From the NCBI GenBank assembly GCA_002633005.1, contig NMRA01000415.1, forward strand, positions 149,091-213,090: DNA of 64,000 bases, written 5' to 3'. The position numbers and the translations under genes were made by a program. Below, in pieces: positions 61,871 to 64,000 of this stretch; position 1 is the first letter of the stretch, and each line of letters starts with the position of its first letter. The notes under the pieces are model-generated. The model ran no database searches. It saw only the letters and a program-made list of their open reading frames with translations, and was not told the origin of the DNA. This stretch comes from Phoronis australis. Lineage: Eukaryota > Animalia > Phoronida.

Positions 61871-63137
61871 CTACCCGGGAATGCGGTCATGAGCAAGAGT
61901 GGCAAATTCATTTAAGGTAGTACATTGTCTCATTACTGATGGCAATGAGTTCCACAGCAAAGTATCTTTATGGGAGATTGAGTTACATCCGTAAGTCATC
62001 GTATTAAAGCGTTTCACATAGAGACAGTTTTCAACTCTGAGACCGTATCCAGACTCTCTAAATTCAAGCTTTCCTGACAAAGGACAGGGTCCAATAATAT
62101 GAACATTTTTAAATACTTCAATAGATAAACATTTCATCCACCAACTAGTTAGAGAGCAGCTCCTAGCCTTAACTAAGAGTTGTGAGTAGCTGGACTCGCT
62201 GACATTGAACACAAATTTTAAAGCACGGTGTTGTATCTTTTCCATTTTCCTACTTTTCTGTATTCCACATAGGTGCCAAACGAGGGGGCAGTGATTAAAG
62301 TAGGTTCTTATAAATGCATAATATAAGCTTACTGTTAATGCCTAAAACATTTCGAAGACGGAACAAGGCATTCATCTGTCTAGAAGCTTTTTCGCAAATA
62401 ACATCAACGTGCTCATGGAATTTTAACTGGCTGTCAAGTTGGACACCCAGCAGCTTAACGGACTCTTCACACTTAATCATAGTATCACCAGACATGAGAT
62501 ACCTATCATTATTTTGTACACGATTCCTAGAAAAGATGATTGACTTAAATTTACCAAGGTTTACAGCCATTCCATTAGAGGAGAACCAATCCATTGCCAT
62601 TTGCCCAGATACCTTGAGGCTGAGGCGAACTGCAGATAAAGAGGAGCCTGCTTGCAACAGGGTATTGTCATCAGCGTAATTATATAACTTACAGTGACCA
62701 CTTATAGCGTAAAATATATCATTGATAAAAATGTTGAATAACATGGGGCCTAAGACAGACCCTTGAGGAACGCCCTTGGGGACATTTAACCAGTCACTGA
62801 CAGTGGAGCCAATTTTCACTCTCATCCTTCTATCATTGAGATAGGATATTATGAGGTTACAGGTATTCAATGTGCAGCCATAGGCTTTTAGTTTGGCAAC
62901 AAGGAGCTCATAGGGTAGGCAATCAAAAGCCTTAGACAGATCAATTAGTATGCACCCAGCAAATAAATTATTGTCCAGAGCTAACCTTACATCTTCAGTT
63001 CGGCGCAACAAGACATCCTGGCAAGAAAAACCTTTACGGAAAGCACATAAATTTTCATTTAAAATTTCATCAAAATGTGCTTTCAATTGGTCTAGAATAA
63101 GTCGTTCAAAAACTTGGTTGACACCAACTGGTCTATA
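61871..63137 (-). mobile_element. Degenerate CR1/L2-group LINE reverse transcriptase fragment
   Basis: YRPVGV..FERLI, IDLSKAFDCL, KGVPQGSVLGPMLF, YADDNTL, KLLGVQLD, EKIQHRALK; frameshift near 62295. Confidence 0.9.
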
Positions 63138-63139
63138 AC

Positions 63140-64000
63140 AGGATTTATGTCACTCTACAGAACTTGTTTCGCTTGAACTTTTAGACCGCGTTTGTTCCCA
63201 TCTTGATAATGACATGAATCCCCTGGTCATCTTCCTAGATTTCTCGAAAGCTTTCGACACAATAGACCACCAAATACTCCTGCAAAAGATAAATCACTAT
63301 GGTATAACTGGAGTTGAATATACACTGATTAAAAGCTATCTCTCAAACCGCACCCAATATGTTTCACTAAGTGATACAACTTCCAGTTGGTTACCAATAT
63401 CTACCGGAGTTCCCCAAGGGTCTGTCCTTGGCCCACTTCTCTTCCTAGTTTACATAAATGATCTTTCGTTTTCTTCTCCCATGGACACACTTCTTTATGC
63501 TGATGACACTTGCCTCGTCACACCTTACAAACTGACTGAATCTTCCCAACACACTTTACAGCAATCAACCACCATCAACAACAACCTTAAATCTATTTCA
63601 GACTGGTTTTCGGTGAACAAACTTTCAATTAACACATCAAAAAGTAAATTAATGATCTTCCACTACCCCCAAAAGAAAATTGCAAAATGTATTATTCCCA
63701 CCATCTATATAAATAGCAAAACAATAAATCATGTGAACAGTTTTCCTTTCCTTGGTATTACTGTTGACAAAAACCTCTCATGGTCCCCCCACATTAACCT
63801 CATCTGAAACAAACTTAACAATCTCAGTGGACTCTTATACAAATTGAAATCTTATCTTCCTCTTCCAGCTCTCAAGTTGATATATAATTCACTTGTCCTT
63901 CCACATTTAAACTATGGCATTACTACTTGGGGTTTTGGCAACACTAAGAAACTTCAAACAGCCCAGAAAAGAATACTTAGGAATATATCAAATTCCAGTT
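63140..64000 (+). mobile_element. CR1/L2-group LINE reverse transcriptase fragment of a different family, running off the window
   Basis: HSTELVSLEL, FLDFSKAFDTIDH, GVPQGSVLGPLLF, YADDT, FLGITVDKNLSW. Premature stop at 63805-63807, then IYNSLVLPHLNYG. Confidence 0.9.

Overview
Eukaryotic (metazoan, probably invertebrate) genomic DNA with spliced genes, many repeats and two N-gaps (28124-28143, 47482-47528). Host genes on the + strand: a 5-exon RBM18 orthologue, an intronless secreted protein with a coiled coil and CTHRC1-type C-terminal domain, a PPT2-type lysosomal thioesterase with two homologous candidate first exons, an intronless basic repeat protein, and a 1364-aa acidic protein made of three fused copies of one gene unit. 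The most striking feature is a P-element-like DNA transposon (about 20839 to the gap at 28123) with two intact convergent genes. One is a catalytically complete transposase lacking both the THAP domain and the usual C-terminal domain; the other is a spliced gene encoding a C2H2 zinc finger plus that missing C-terminal domain, so the transposase appears split in two. Also present: a 519-bp miniature LTR retroelement with tRNA-like LTRs, a long intronic palindrome, MITE-like elements and degenerate LINEs. All calls come from reading the sequence and recalled family motifs; no searches were run.
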